Assembly (NCBI GenBank): GCA_963809895.1
Contig: CAWELD010000003.1
Coordinates: 3,488,001-3,552,000 of the forward strand
Source of the DNA: an uncultured Gemmatimonadales bacterium
GTDB lineage: Bacteria > Gemmatimonadota > Gemmatimonadetes > Longimicrobiales > Gaopeijiaceae
DNA: 64,000 bases
Direction: 5' to 3'
Shown: positions 31,611 through 41,675 of the stretch, piece after piece
How the letters are laid out: each line of letters starts with the position of its first letter
Position numbering within the stretch: position 1 is the first letter of the stretch
The notes under the pieces: model-generated
Seen by the model: the letters and a program-made list of their open reading frames with translations, nothing else
Database searches by the model: none
What the model was told of the DNA's origin: nothing
Position numbers and translations under genes: made by a program

Positions 31611-32939
31611 CTAGAGCAGGATCGCGGCCGGCTCCTCGAGCATGGCCGTGAGCGTCTGCAGGAAGCGGGATCCCGTGGCCCCGTCGATGACCCGGTGATC
31701 GCAGCTCATGGTGATGCGCATGCGGGGGCGGATCACCACCTCTCCATCCAGCGCCACCGGCGTGTCCTCGACTCCCCCCACCGCCAGGATCCCCGCCTCG
31801 GGCGGGTTGATGATGGCCGTGAACTCGTGGATGCCGAACATGCCGAGGTTGGACACCGAGAAGGTGGCCCCCGTGTACTCCTCGGGCTTGAGCCGCTTCT
31901 GCCGTGCCCGACCGGCCATCTCCTTGACCTCCCGCGAGATCTGGACCAGGCCCTTGCGGTCGGCGTGCCTCACCACCGGCGTGATGAGGCCGTCCTCCAC
32001 GGCCACGGCGACGCCCATGTGAACGTGGTGGAAGCGGCGGATGTGGTCGTCGTGCCAGGCGGCGTTGCACTCGGGATGCCTGGCCAGCGCCGCCGAAGTG
32101 GCCTTGAGCACGAAATCGTTCACGGAGATCTTGTCGCCGTCCTTCTCCACCACGGCGTTGACCCGGCGGCGGGCCTCCATGACCCGGCCCATGTCCACCT
32201 CTACCGTCAGGAAGAAGTGGGGAACCGGGCTCAGCGATTCCGTGAGCCTGCGCGCGATGGTCTTTCGCATCTGGCTCACGGGCACGTCTTCGTGGCTCTC
32301 CAACGCACCGGCATCGGACCAGGCCTCGGGCGCAGGGGCTCCGGGGGCCGCCGACGTAGCCGGTGCCTTCGCCGGAGCTGGAGCGGCCCTGGCCTCTTCG
32401 ACGTCGCGCTTGACGATGCGTCCGCCAGGCCCGGACCCTTCCACGGCCGCCAGGTCCAGCCCCGCCTCTTCGGCGAGGCGGCGGGCCAGGGGCGAGGCCT
32501 TCACACGCTCCCCGGCCGAGTCCTCCATCTCCTTGTCCGACTTGGATTTGGCGCCATCAGCCGTCTCTCCTTCCGCCTGCGCCTCCTGCTCGTCGGAACC
32601 ATCCTCCGCGGCAGGAGCTGGCTCTTCTTTCTCCTTGTCCGACTTGGAGTTGGCGGATTCCGACCCTCCGCTGTCGCTCACCAGGTCAGAGATGTCCTCG
32701 CCCTCGTCACCGATGACGGCGATCACTTCGCCCACGGGCGCCACGCCGCCTTCCTGGACCAGGATCTTGAGGAGCAGTCCCGCCCCCCGGGCGGTGAGCT
32801 CCATGGTGGCCTTGTCGGTCTCGATCTCGGCCAGGATGTCGCCGTTGTCGACCTCGTCCCCTTCGGACTTCAGCCAGCGCACGACCTGGCCCTCCTCCAT
32901 GGTGGGGGAGAGGGCCTCCATGTGGACCTTGGTCGCCAT
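31611..32939 (-). CDS. pdhC: pyruvate dehydrogenase E2 dihydrolipoamide acetyltransferase
   Basis: LSPTMEEG, IETDKA lipoyl site, ASPLARR, DHRVIDG. Confidence 0.95.
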   Translation of the reverse strand: MATKVHMEALSPTMEEGQVVRWLKSEGDEVDNGDILAEIETDKATMELTARGAGLLLKILVQEGGVAPVGEVIAVIGDEGEDISDLVSDSGGSESANSKSDKEKEEPAPAAEDGSDEQEAQAEGETADGAKSKSDKEMEDSAGERVKASPLARRLAEEAGLDLAAVEGSGPGGRIVKRDVEEARAAPAPAKAPATSAAPGAPAPEAWSDAGALESHEDVPVSQMRKTIARRLTESLSPVPHFFLTVEVDMGRVMEARRRVNAVVEKDGDKISVNDFVLKATSAALARHPECNAAWHDDHIRRFHHVHMGVAVAVEDGLITPVVRHADRKGLVQISREVKEMAGRARQKRLKPEEYTGATFSVSNLGMFGIHEFTAIINPPEAGILAVGGVEDTPVALDGEVVIRPRMRITMSCDHRVIDGATGSRFLQTLTAMLEEPAAILL

Positions 32940-33009
32940 TCGTCTATCAGCCTCGTCGGCGTTGCACGTTCAGATCGGGCTCGAGAGGGTCGCCTCTCGA
33001 GGCCCGGGT

Positions 33010-33990
33010 TCAGCGGTAGAGGACCTTGCGGCAGGCGTCCACGACGCGGTCTGCCGACGGCTTCGCCATCTGCTCCAGGTTCTTGGCGTACGGCATGGGC
33101 GTGTCGGCCTGCGTGACGCGCAGCAGAGGCGCGTCGAGCCAGTCGAAGGCCTCCTCCTGCACCGTGGCGACGATCTGCGCCCCCACGCCTGCGTAGGCCC
33201 ATCCCTCCTCCAGGTACACGGCCCGGTTGGTCTTCTTCACCGAGGTCAGGATGGCGTCCACGTCCAGCGGCCGGAGCGTCCTGAGGTCGACGACCTCCGC
33301 CGCGATCCCGTCCTTCTCCAGCTTGCGGGCCGCCTGGAGTGCGATCTGGACCATCTTCCCGTGGGTGATGATGGTGACGTCGTCGCCTTCCTGCTTCACG
33401 TCGGCCACGCCCAGGGGAATCACGAAGTCGTCGTCGTCGGGGACCTCGCCCTTCACGTTGTAGAGGAGCTCGCCCTCCATGAACGCCACCGGATCGTCGT
33501 CGCGGATGGCCGCCTTGAGCAGGCCCTTGGCGTCGGCCGGGGTGCCCGGGACCACGAGCTTCACGCCCGGTGCGTGCACGTAGTACGTCTCGCACGCCTG
33601 GGAATGCTGGGCGGAAAGCTGGAGCGCGGCGCCGGTGGGCCCCCGGAAGACGATGGGGCACTTGATCTGGCCGTTGGACATGTAGAGGAGCTTGGCCGCC
33701 GAGTTGATGACCTGGTCCAGCGCCAGGAAGGCGAAGTTGAAGGTCATGAACTCGCACACCGGCCGCAGCCCCGCCATGGCGGCGCCCACGCACAGTCCCC
33801 CGAACCCCAGCTCGCTGATGGGTGAGTCCACGACCCTGCGGTCGCCGAAGGCGTCCAGCAATCCCTTGGAGACCTTGTAGGCGCCGTCGTACTCCGCCAC
33901 CTCCTCACCCATGAGGAAGACGGATTCGTCGCGCTCCATCTCCTCGCGCAGTGCCTGGTTGAGGGCTTCGCGGTAGGTGATCTCGGCCAT
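33010..33990 (-). CDS. pdhB: pyruvate dehydrogenase E1 beta
   Basis: YREALNQAL, MGEEV, DSPISE, AQHSQ, DLRTLRPLD. Confidence 0.95.
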   Translation of the reverse strand: MAEITYREALNQALREEMERDESVFLMGEEVAEYDGAYKVSKGLLDAFGDRRVVDSPISELGFGGLCVGAAMAGLRPVCEFMTFNFAFLALDQVINSAAKLLYMSNGQIKCPIVFRGPTGAALQLSAQHSQACETYYVHAPGVKLVVPGTPADAKGLLKAAIRDDDPVAFMEGELLYNVKGEVPDDDDFVIPLGVADVKQEGDDVTIITHGKMVQIALQAARKLEKDGIAAEVVDLRTLRPLDVDAILTSVKKTNRAVYLEEGWAYAGVGAQIVATVQEEAFDWLDAPLLRVTQADTPMPYAKNLEQMAKPSADRVVDACRKVLYR

Positions 33991-35075
33991 CAGCCCTCTC
34001 CTCCGTCGCGGTCGCGTCCGTCGAAGAAGAGCCGACCGTGCGGATTCAACTCGGCGTATACGTGTGCGTAGAGGTCCTCGGGGCCCGGCGCCGGCGACTG
34101 GTCGGCGAAGTCGAAGGCGTCCTGTGCCCGTTCCCGGATCTCCCCGTCCAGCTCCTCCAGATGCTCCTGGTCCAGGACCCCCGCGTCGAAGAGCTTCTCT
34201 CGCAGGAGGGCGATGGGATCGTCGTTCTCGATCTTTCCCTCGACCTCCTCCTTGCTCCGGTAGGTCCCCGACACCGGATCCGACATGGAGTGGCCCTTGA
34301 AGCGGTAGGTCTCCACGTCGACGAAGCGGGGTCCTCCACCGTCGCGAACCTGGTCCACGAGCTCGGAGAAGTGCGTGTAGGTCTCCAGGACGTCCTGGCC
34401 GTCCACCACGGACGACGCGATCCCGTAGGCGCACGCCTTGTCCTTGATCTCGGTCAGGGACACCCGCTTGAAGGCGGTGCCCATGCCGTAGGAGTTGTTC
34501 TCCACCGCGAAGATGACCGGGAGCTCCCACACCGCCGCCATGTTGAGGGCCTCGTGGAAGGCGCCCTGGTTGACCGCGGCGTCGCCGAGAAAGCAGAGCA
34601 CCACCCGGTCCTCGTCCCGGTACCTGGCGGCGAAGGCCAGCCCCGCCGCCAGCGGAATCTGCCCGCCCACGATCCCGTGCCCTCCCATGAAGCCCCTGGA
34701 GACGTCGAAGAGGTGCATGGAGCCGCCCTTGCCGCCCGAGCAGCCGTCCTTGCGGCCGAAGAGCTCGGCCATGACGACCCTGGGATCCATCCCCTTGGCC
34801 AGGGCCTGGGTGTGCTCACGGTAGGCCGAGATGACGTAGTCGTCGTCGCGCAGCGCGCCGATGCTGCCGGCCGCCACACCCTCCTGGCCGATGTGCAGGT
34901 GACAGAAGCCGCCGATCTTGCCGATGGCGTAGGCCTCCTCGGCCTTCTCTTCGAAGCGGCGGAAGAGCAGCATGGCCTGGAGGAGCTCCATGGCCGTCTC
35001 GGGCGCCACACCCTGGAGGACGTCCTGCTCCTCCGCGTCGGTCCGCGCGCCGTTCTTCGTCGTCGTCTCGGCCAT
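33990..35075 (-). CDS. pdhA: pyruvate dehydrogenase E1 alpha
   Basis: IGGFCHL, GKGGSMH, GDAA..QG.FHE TPP motif, YRFKGHSMSDP. Confidence 0.95.
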   Translation of the reverse strand: MAETTTKNGARTDAEEQDVLQGVAPETAMELLQAMLLFRRFEEKAEEAYAIGKIGGFCHLHIGQEGVAAGSIGALRDDDYVISAYREHTQALAKGMDPRVVMAELFGRKDGCSGGKGGSMHLFDVSRGFMGGHGIVGGQIPLAAGLAFAARYRDEDRVVLCFLGDAAVNQGAFHEALNMAAVWELPVIFAVENNSYGMGTAFKRVSLTEIKDKACAYGIASSVVDGQDVLETYTHFSELVDQVRDGGGPRFVDVETYRFKGHSMSDPVSGTYRSKEEVEGKIENDDPIALLREKLFDAGVLDQEHLEELDGEIRERAQDAFDFADQSPAPGPEDLYAHVYAELNPHGRLFFDGRDRDGGEG

Positions 35076-35080
35076 CTGGC

Positions 35081-36187
35081 TCACTCTCCCGCCGAGGTCC
35101 GGCCGGGCCGGGCCGGCTCCAGCTGCACCAGGTCGCTGCGGGGCATCATCTCGGCCGGAGCAGGAACATCGGCCTCCAGGACATCGACGATCCGCCCCGG
35201 ACCACCAGCCTCCACCTCGCGAGCCTGTTCCTTGGCGTGGTAGCTGGAGCGCACCAGGGGTCCCGCTTCCACGTGCCGGAACCCGAGCTCGTCCTCGCCC
35301 ACGCGCTTCCATGCGGCAAACTCATCGGGCGACACCCAGCGCGCCACCGGAATGTGCTGGGCCGAAGGGCGCAGATACTGGCCCAGGGTCAGGATGTCCA
35401 CCGACGCCTCCCGAAGGTCGGCCATCGCCTGGCGGACCTCGTGGGCTTCCTCTCCCATCCCCAGGATGATGCCCGTCTTGGTGAGGATGTCCGGCGCCAG
35501 CTTCTTCGACGCCCCCAGGAAGGAGATGGAGCGCCAGTAGCGGCCGCCGGGGCGGACATCGGGGTGGAGCCGCTCCACCGTTTCCAGGTTGTGCCCCAGA
35601 ATGGCCGGCCTGGCCTCCAGCACCGCCGCCAACGCGTCCTCGTCGCCCTTGAAGTCGGGGATGAGAACCTCGACGGAGCAGTCGGGGAGCCGACGGCGGA
35701 TCTGGCGGATCGTATCCGCGTAGATGCCGGCGCCCCCGTCGGGGAGCTCGTCACGGTTCACGCTCGTGATGACCACGTGCTCCAGGCCCATGGCCTCACA
35801 CGACTCGGCCACGCGGCGCGGCTCGTCCAGGTCCAGCTCGGTGGGCATCCCGTGGGCGACGCCGCAGTACTTGCACGCCCGCGTGCACACGTCGCCCAGG
35901 ATCATGAAGGTCGCGGTGCCAGCCTCCCAGCACTCGCCGATGTTGGGGCAGCCAGCCTCCTCGCACACGGTGTGCAGGGACTGGTTGCGCATCAGCTTCT
36001 GCAGCCGCAGGTAGTTCCGGCCGCCCGGCGAGCGCACCTTGAGCCACTGGGGCTTGCGACTCCGGTGCGGGACGGTCTCCAGGCCTTCGTGGGCCCGGAT
36101 CCGGCTGGTGCCCTTGGGCTTCACCAGACCGGTGTCCTTGCCCTCCGGGGCATACCCCCGGGGGGTTTCCATGGCTGTATCGGTCAC
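35081..36187 (-). CDS. lipA: lipoyl synthase
   Basis: CEEAGCPNIGEC, CTRACKYC, GQYLRPS, RSSY; GGAGG RBS before GTG. Confidence 0.95.
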   Translation of the reverse strand: MTDTAMETPRGYAPEGKDTGLVKPKGTSRIRAHEGLETVPHRSRKPQWLKVRSPGGRNYLRLQKLMRNQSLHTVCEEAGCPNIGECWEAGTATFMILGDVCTRACKYCGVAHGMPTELDLDEPRRVAESCEAMGLEHVVITSVNRDELPDGGAGIYADTIRQIRRRLPDCSVEVLIPDFKGDEDALAAVLEARPAILGHNLETVERLHPDVRPGGRYWRSISFLGASKKLAPDILTKTGIILGMGEEAHEVRQAMADLREASVDILTLGQYLRPSAQHIPVARWVSPDEFAAWKRVGEDELGFRHVEAGPLVRSSYHAKEQAREVEAGGPGRIVDVLEADVPAPAEMMPRSDLVQLEPARPGRTSAGE

Positions 36188-36367
36188 GGTCTCCCTCCTC
36201 CGGCTCCGGGATGGGTCCCGGAGCTCGGTTCGGAGGCGCGAACCCACGCCGTCGGCGGCGTCCGCGTCCCGTCGTGGTTCGGTTGATCCGGATGGAAACG
36301 GCCGCACGAATGCGGCCGCATAAACCTCACCCCCGGCGCCCCGGAGGGTTCCGGAGAAAGCCCCGAA

Positions 36368-37531
36368 TCATAGCCCGAGGCCCAGCCCCCGAACAAGGTA
36401 ACCGACGGCGAAACCCAGGTAGTTGCCGAGGGCGTATCCCAGCAGCCCCACGAGCACACCGGGAAGCACCAGGCCCCGCCACCCCCGCGACACCGCCACC
36501 GCCAACGCGCTGGACGGCCCTCCCACCGCGGCCTGCGAGGCCACGCTCAACGTGGCCAGATCCAGGCGCAACGCGCGCCCGATGCCGTAGACGAGCAGGC
36601 CGTGTACGCCCACCACCACCAGGGTGTAGAAGAACACCTCCACGCCCACCGCCAGAATGTCGGCGACCCTGGAGTGGATGCCGATGACCACGAAGAAGAG
36701 ATGCAGCGCCACCGTGCCCAGCTGCAGCGCTCCCCGGGGTGTCCGGAAGGGTCGGGTCTGCCCCACCAGGAGCGCGACCGTGGTGAGCCAGAGCACGGAG
36801 GGAATCGCCGGCACGCTCCGTCCGAGAAGGTCGGCCACGACCAGCAGGACGGCACCGGTCGCCAGCAGGACGGCAAGGTCCAGCGTGGAGATGGGCCGCT
36901 TGCGGAAGAAGGGATGGTCCTCGTTGGGGTCCCGGGCCTCGGAGGGACTCTCGCCGTCGTCGCCTCGGGCCGTGGCAGGAATGTCCACGGGCCAGAAGCG
37001 GCGCAGCCACACGGGCAGAAGCAGGGTGGCACCCAGCCAGAGGCTGGTGGTGACGTTGTCCGCGGCCGTGGCGCCGGCGAAGAGCCTGTCGGGAAGTCCC
37101 ACGCCCCGGCCCACGGCCACGAAGTTGACCGAGCCGCCGGAGTAGGTGCCGGTGAGGGTCCCGGCCAGCTTCCAGTTGTCGCCGGCGAAGGTCGGCGCGA
37201 AGATGAGCGCGCCCACGAAGGCCCCCACCGCCGTCGCGCCCACCGCCAGTCCGAAGGCCAACAGCATGCCCGGGCCCGCCTTACGCACGTCCGACAGGTT
37301 CACCGCCAGCAGCAGCCATGCGATGGCCAGCGAGGTGACGGGCCCGCCGATGACGTCGTAGACCGACGAATCGACGGGCACGAGGCCGGCGTTGGAGAGC
37401 ACGGCGCCGATGACGATGGCCAGCAGCGACGCCCCCACCCGCGACAAGGGAGCGACGCGGTAGTCCAGCCAGAAGGCGGCCGCGGCCACGGCGGCGATGA
37501 GGGCGGCCAGCGCCAGGGGTTCGGAGATCAA
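36368..37531 (-). CDS. DUF819 family multi-pass membrane protein
   Basis: GTYSGGSVNFVAV, ASQAAVGGPSSA, GYALGNYLG. Confidence 0.85.
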   Translation of the reverse strand: MISEPLALAALIAAVAAAAFWLDYRVAPLSRVGASLLAIVIGAVLSNAGLVPVDSSVYDVIGGPVTSLAIAWLLLAVNLSDVRKAGPGMLLAFGLAVGATAVGAFVGALIFAPTFAGDNWKLAGTLTGTYSGGSVNFVAVGRGVGLPDRLFAGATAADNVTTSLWLGATLLLPVWLRRFWPVDIPATARGDDGESPSEARDPNEDHPFFRKRPISTLDLAVLLATGAVLLVVADLLGRSVPAIPSVLWLTTVALLVGQTRPFRTPRGALQLGTVALHLFFVVIGIHSRVADILAVGVEVFFYTLVVVGVHGLLVYGIGRALRLDLATLSVASQAAVGGPSSALAVAVSRGWRGLVLPGVLVGLLGYALGNYLGFAVGYLVRGLGLGL

Positions 37532-37592
37532 CGCCTGCGACCGGCCGCCGAAGTCACCGGCCCGCGCCCCGGACCCACCTCGGCAGCCCTCG

Positions 37593-38387
37593 TCACCGCT
37601 CGAATCCCTTGCCGGGCAGATGGCCGTTGTTGGCCCGATAGCGCTCCAGCACGTGCTTCACCACGTCGTCCGGAGAATCGGTGACGCACAACAGATCCAG
37701 GTCCTTCTGCGCGATCTTGCCTTCGCGGAGCATGGTTCTCGTGATCCAGTCCACCATGCCCTGCCAGTACTCGCTGCCGAAGAGGACCACCGGAAAGTTC
37801 TTGACCTTGCGGGTCTGGATCAGGGTCAGCGCCTCGAAGAGCTCGTCCATGGTCCCGAAGCCGCCGGGGAAGATGACGAAGGCCTCCGAGTACTTCACGA
37901 ACATCGTCTTGCGCACGAAGAAGTAGCGGAAGTCCACCGCTACGTCGACGTAGGCGTTGGTCCCCTGCTCGAAGGGTAGCTCGATGTTGCAGCCGATGGA
38001 CGGCTTCCCGGCCTCGCGGGCCCCTTTGTTGGCGGCTTCCATCATGCCGGGACCACCCCCGGTGATGACCCCGAAGCCGGCCTCCCCCAGCCGACGCGCC
38101 GTCTCCACGCACGTCTTGTAGAGGGGATCCCGCGACGTCACCCGGGCCGAGCCGAAGAAGGCGACGCACGGGCCGTGTCCCGCCATGTCCTCGAAGCCCT
38201 CGACGAACTCCCCCATGATGCGGAAGATGCGCCAGGAGTCCTTGGCGATCAGGAACTCCGGCGAGCGCGTGAGCTCCTCGACGGCGCTCTCCAGGAAGCG
38301 CTCGTCCTCGGTCTCCCTGGACGGCGGCGGCGGCGGAACGACCTCGGTGGGGATCGCCGCGCCTTCGTCCATGGGCTGGTCGCTCAC
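37593..38387 (-). CDS. LOG family (TIGR00730-type) nucleotide phosphoribohydrolase
   Basis: FGSAR, TGGGPGMMEAAN, YFFVRK, PGGFGTMDE; GAGGAG RBS. Confidence 0.92.
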   Translation of the reverse strand: MSDQPMDEGAAIPTEVVPPPPPSRETEDERFLESAVEELTRSPEFLIAKDSWRIFRIMGEFVEGFEDMAGHGPCVAFFGSARVTSRDPLYKTCVETARRLGEAGFGVITGGGPGMMEAANKGAREAGKPSIGCNIELPFEQGTNAYVDVAVDFRYFFVRKTMFVKYSEAFVIFPGGFGTMDELFEALTLIQTRKVKNFPVVLFGSEYWQGMVDWITRTMLREGKIAQKDLDLLCVTDSPDDVVKHVLERYRANNGHLPGKGFER

Positions 38388-38397
38388 GATCCTCTCC

Positions 38398-39213
38398 TCA
38401 TCCACCTGCCAGGTAGGTCTGGGCCTCACCGTGCAGGGTGTCCATGATGTTCGTGTGCTGCGCGTAGTCGTCGTTGCCGCTGGCCATCTGCGTCTCCCAC
38501 ACGTCCAGCATGTGCTGGTAGTACTGCCGGGCCTTGGCGTCGTCACCGAGCTCCCGGGCGGCCTGCGCCGCGGCGGCCAGGTTCAGCAGATGGTCGGGAT
38601 TGTCGGCCAGGACCTCCTCGGCGGTGGCCAGCGCGCCCGCGGCGTCACCCCCGAGCCGCTGCAGGATGGACAGGTGGTACATGCCGTCGGTGTCCAGCGG
38701 CTTGGCCTGCTCGTAGGCCGAGATGGACATGGGCAGGAAGCTCTGCACGGTGAGCGTGTCGCCGTTCTCCGCAGCGCCCATGACCCGGTTGAAGAGTCGG
38801 TCGGCCGCCTCCCGGGGCGTCATGGTGGTCAGGTCCACGGAGGACATGCCCGCGGCCGGGTTCGCGCCACCCGGGCCGCCGGCGGGAGGAGCGACCTGAT
38901 CCGGTCGCAGGATGGGCCACGCCACCACCAGGATCAGCACGACGAGCATGCCGCCGGCGACCCACCAGCCCATGTGCGGCTCACCACCCCCGCCTCCGCC
39001 GGCGACGCGCGCCGGCTGGGCCTGGGCCTGGGGCATGGGTGCGGGCGTTCCAGCGGCGAGGGGGCTCCCGCACTGGGTGCAGAAGTGGGATCCGGGCTCG
39101 GGCTCGGCGCCGCAGGTGGGACAGGCTCGGGCGCCGACGGCGGCGCCGCAGCTGGCGCAGAAATTCCCGGTGGCGGTGGCGCCGCACTGGGGGCATTTGG
39201 TCGTAGAAGTCAT
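38398..39213 (-). CDS. double zinc-ribbon / TM / TPR-like protein
   Basis: CPQC, CASC, CPTC, CTQC; TM WWVAGGMLVVLILVVAW; helical TPR-like C-terminus. Confidence 0.8.
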   Translation of the reverse strand: MTSTTKCPQCGATATGNFCASCGAAVGARACPTCGAEPEPGSHFCTQCGSPLAAGTPAPMPQAQAQPARVAGGGGGGEPHMGWWVAGGMLVVLILVVAWPILRPDQVAPPAGGPGGANPAAGMSSVDLTTMTPREAADRLFNRVMGAAENGDTLTVQSFLPMSISAYEQAKPLDTDGMYHLSILQRLGGDAAGALATAEEVLADNPDHLLNLAAAAQAARELGDDAKARQYYQHMLDVWETQMASGNDDYAQHTNIMDTLHGEAQTYLAGG

Positions 39214-39234
39214 GTCGTGTTCAGGACTATGAGG

Positions 39235-41535
39235 TCAGGGGGTCGCATCGCCGGCCAGCGCCCGATACAGGATGGGCCAGGTGGCCAGGGACTGCCCACG
39301 ATAGTTGGGTTGGAAGCCGAAGAGAATGACCGAGCCCTCGCCCACGTCGGCCTCCACGAGCGCGGGCTTGCCGGCCACGTGCTCGGGTCCCAGCACCCAG
39401 CCGGACATGAGAGGACTCTCGCCGTAGCGAGCCAGCACCCGGATCGAAGGGTCGGTGAGGTCGAAGGCCCGGCTGCTCCTCCAGTACCATGCGGCCACGC
39501 GTGGGTTCAGTCCCGAGGCGAAGGACCCCTGTGTCATGTCCAGCTCCAGAAGGGACCCGGGAATGTAGAAGTCGGTGGTGGGGAGTCGCTCCACGGCGTT
39601 GCTGACGCCGAGGTCGAACAGGTCCACCACGTAGTCCGTGGCTTCTTCCACCGCGACCAGGCGTCCGCCGTTCAGAACGAAATCGCGCAGCGCTCGCGCC
39701 CCCTCCTCGCCCATCCCTCCGGTGTACTCCGGGGGCAGCGTTCCGGCCTCGAAGCCGTCACGGATCGACGCCGGGTTCTGGCTCTGCAGGAGGATGACGT
39801 CGTAGCGGGAGGCCAGGTCGCCCCGCCGCACGTCGGCGTCGTGCAGGGTGTCGTAGGCGAGGTCCGCCTGATCGAAGACCCAGCGCGTCCACCCCTCCTC
39901 GCTGGGCTCCCGCCAGGACTTGTAGAGGGCGATGCGCGGCGCCCCGTCGCCGGTGAGCTCCGGGGGCAGCTCGAAGTCGAGCGGGGGCGGCGCCACCGCA
40001 TCCGACAGGGCCACGTCCAGCGGCTCCCGCACCGGCACCGCTTCCATGTCCATGAGGAGCGGAAGCGTGTGGGCCGTGACGTCGTAGGGGCGCCGCGGGG
40101 GGCCACCGGGATACTCGCGCAGATCGGGGTACTCCTGCCGCTCGAGCATGGTCTCGGCGAAGGACGCGTACGGCTGGTTCATGGGGATCACGTAGCTGCC
40201 CGCCGGAAAGCGCTCCCCGGCCACCGAGAAGGCCGCTTCCGCCCGGTGCACCTCCACGTCGGCCATGGCCAGGATGCGGACCACGTAGTCCAGACCCGCC
40301 CGGTTGGGCTGGTCTCCCGGCAGCACCCACGCCTCGGGCCACGCGGCCCACTTCTCCACGGCGCGCTGGCCGACGCCCACGAAGTTCTCGAGCCAGTAGC
40401 GCCGGTTGCGGGCGGCGTTCTCCAGGAGCGCCATGGCGCCGGCGTCCATGTAGTCCACGATGTCCGGCAGGCCCCAGTGGCCGCCCCGCCACGGATCCGG
40501 GTAGTTCCAGCTCGCCTGGGCCGCGTCGTAGCCGCGCCCGCCCCCGATGCGATCCGCCGGCACCTCCACGGGCGTGGCGAGGTCCGCCGAGGCGGTCTCG
40601 GACAGGATGCGCGCTCCCGCGTGATAGTGCTGGTAGGCTCGCGCAGGCGTGAAGGCGTCGTAGATCCCGGCCACCACCGCGCCGGCCTTGCCCTGGGCCG
40701 TCACGGCCGCGGCCATCCAGGTCCCCAGCTGGTTCACCGCCGTGGTCAGCGCCGGGTCGATGTTGTGCTCCCAGGGATCGATGTAGGGCGGGAAGAAGAT
40801 GCGCGCCGCCGACCCGCCCATCTGGTGGATGTCGTGGACGATCTGCGGGTGCCAGGCGTTGTGGGCCCCTGCGACCGTGGCCTGGGTCTCGGGTTGGGTG
40901 AAGGCGTACCAGTCCCGGTTGTTGTCGTGACCGGTGTAGAACTGGTAGAGCCAGGGCAGGGGCGCGGCCTCGTAGCGGGTTCCCACGAAGCGGTCGTACC
41001 AGTCCACCACCCACTGCAAGCCGTCGGGGTTGAGCGACGGGATGTCCAGGAGGATGACCTGGTCCAGGATCTCCCGGACCTCGGCGTCGTCGGACGAGGC
41101 CAGCCGATAGAGGAGGCGGGCGGCGGTCTGCGATCCCCCGACCTCGGTGGCGTGGATGCCGTGGGTGATCAGCACCACGGTGCGACCCCGATCCAGGAGA
41201 CTCGCAAGCTCCGTAGGGCCGGAAATGCGGCGCGGGTCCGCCAGCTTCATCTGGATCTGGTGCAGCTCGTCGATGCGCGCCTGGTTGGCCGCGCTGGTCA
41301 CCGTGAGCATCACGAACGGGCGGCCCTTCACCGTCGCTCCGATGGTGTCCAGCGTCACCCGGTCGGAGGCTCGCGCCAGCGCTTCGTAATACCCCGTGAG
41401 CTCGCTCCAGTCGGCGAGGTGGCGGTCGGCGCCCACGGGGAACCCGAAGTACGACTCGGGCGAAGGAACGCCCTGCGCAGCCAGCGACCCGGCCGCGACG
41501 AGGAGAGCGAGCGAGGTGGCGAAGATCCGCCGCAT
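39235..41535 (-). CDS. secreted M14 zinc carboxypeptidase-family protein
   Basis: Signal peptide; IHATE, NPDG, DNNRD, DIHQMG; C-terminal GATase-like domain. Confidence 0.9.
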   Translation of the reverse strand: MRRIFATSLALLVAAGSLAAQGVPSPESYFGFPVGADRHLADWSELTGYYEALARASDRVTLDTIGATVKGRPFVMLTVTSAANQARIDELHQIQMKLADPRRISGPTELASLLDRGRTVVLITHGIHATEVGGSQTAARLLYRLASSDDAEVREILDQVILLDIPSLNPDGLQWVVDWYDRFVGTRYEAAPLPWLYQFYTGHDNNRDWYAFTQPETQATVAGAHNAWHPQIVHDIHQMGGSAARIFFPPYIDPWEHNIDPALTTAVNQLGTWMAAAVTAQGKAGAVVAGIYDAFTPARAYQHYHAGARILSETASADLATPVEVPADRIGGGRGYDAAQASWNYPDPWRGGHWGLPDIVDYMDAGAMALLENAARNRRYWLENFVGVGQRAVEKWAAWPEAWVLPGDQPNRAGLDYVVRILAMADVEVHRAEAAFSVAGERFPAGSYVIPMNQPYASFAETMLERQEYPDLREYPGGPPRRPYDVTAHTLPLLMDMEAVPVREPLDVALSDAVAPPPLDFELPPELTGDGAPRIALYKSWREPSEEGWTRWVFDQADLAYDTLHDADVRRGDLASRYDVILLQSQNPASIRDGFEAGTLPPEYTGGMGEEGARALRDFVLNGGRLVAVEEATDYVVDLFDLGVSNAVERLPTTDFYIPGSLLELDMTQGSFASGLNPRVAAWYWRSSRAFDLTDPSIRVLARYGESPLMSGWVLGPEHVAGKPALVEADVGEGSVILFGFQPNYRGQSLATWPILYRALAGDATP

Positions 41536-41675
41536 GGTGACGTGCTCCATCGGGGTTCGGGGGATGCGGCATGGTACGGCGGGCACACGCGCCCCGGCAA
41601 TCCCGCGGGCGGCTTGACACGGGCCGGCGCGCGGCGCCGTATGGGGCGTGGCCAACCCCCAATCCCAGGATCCCC

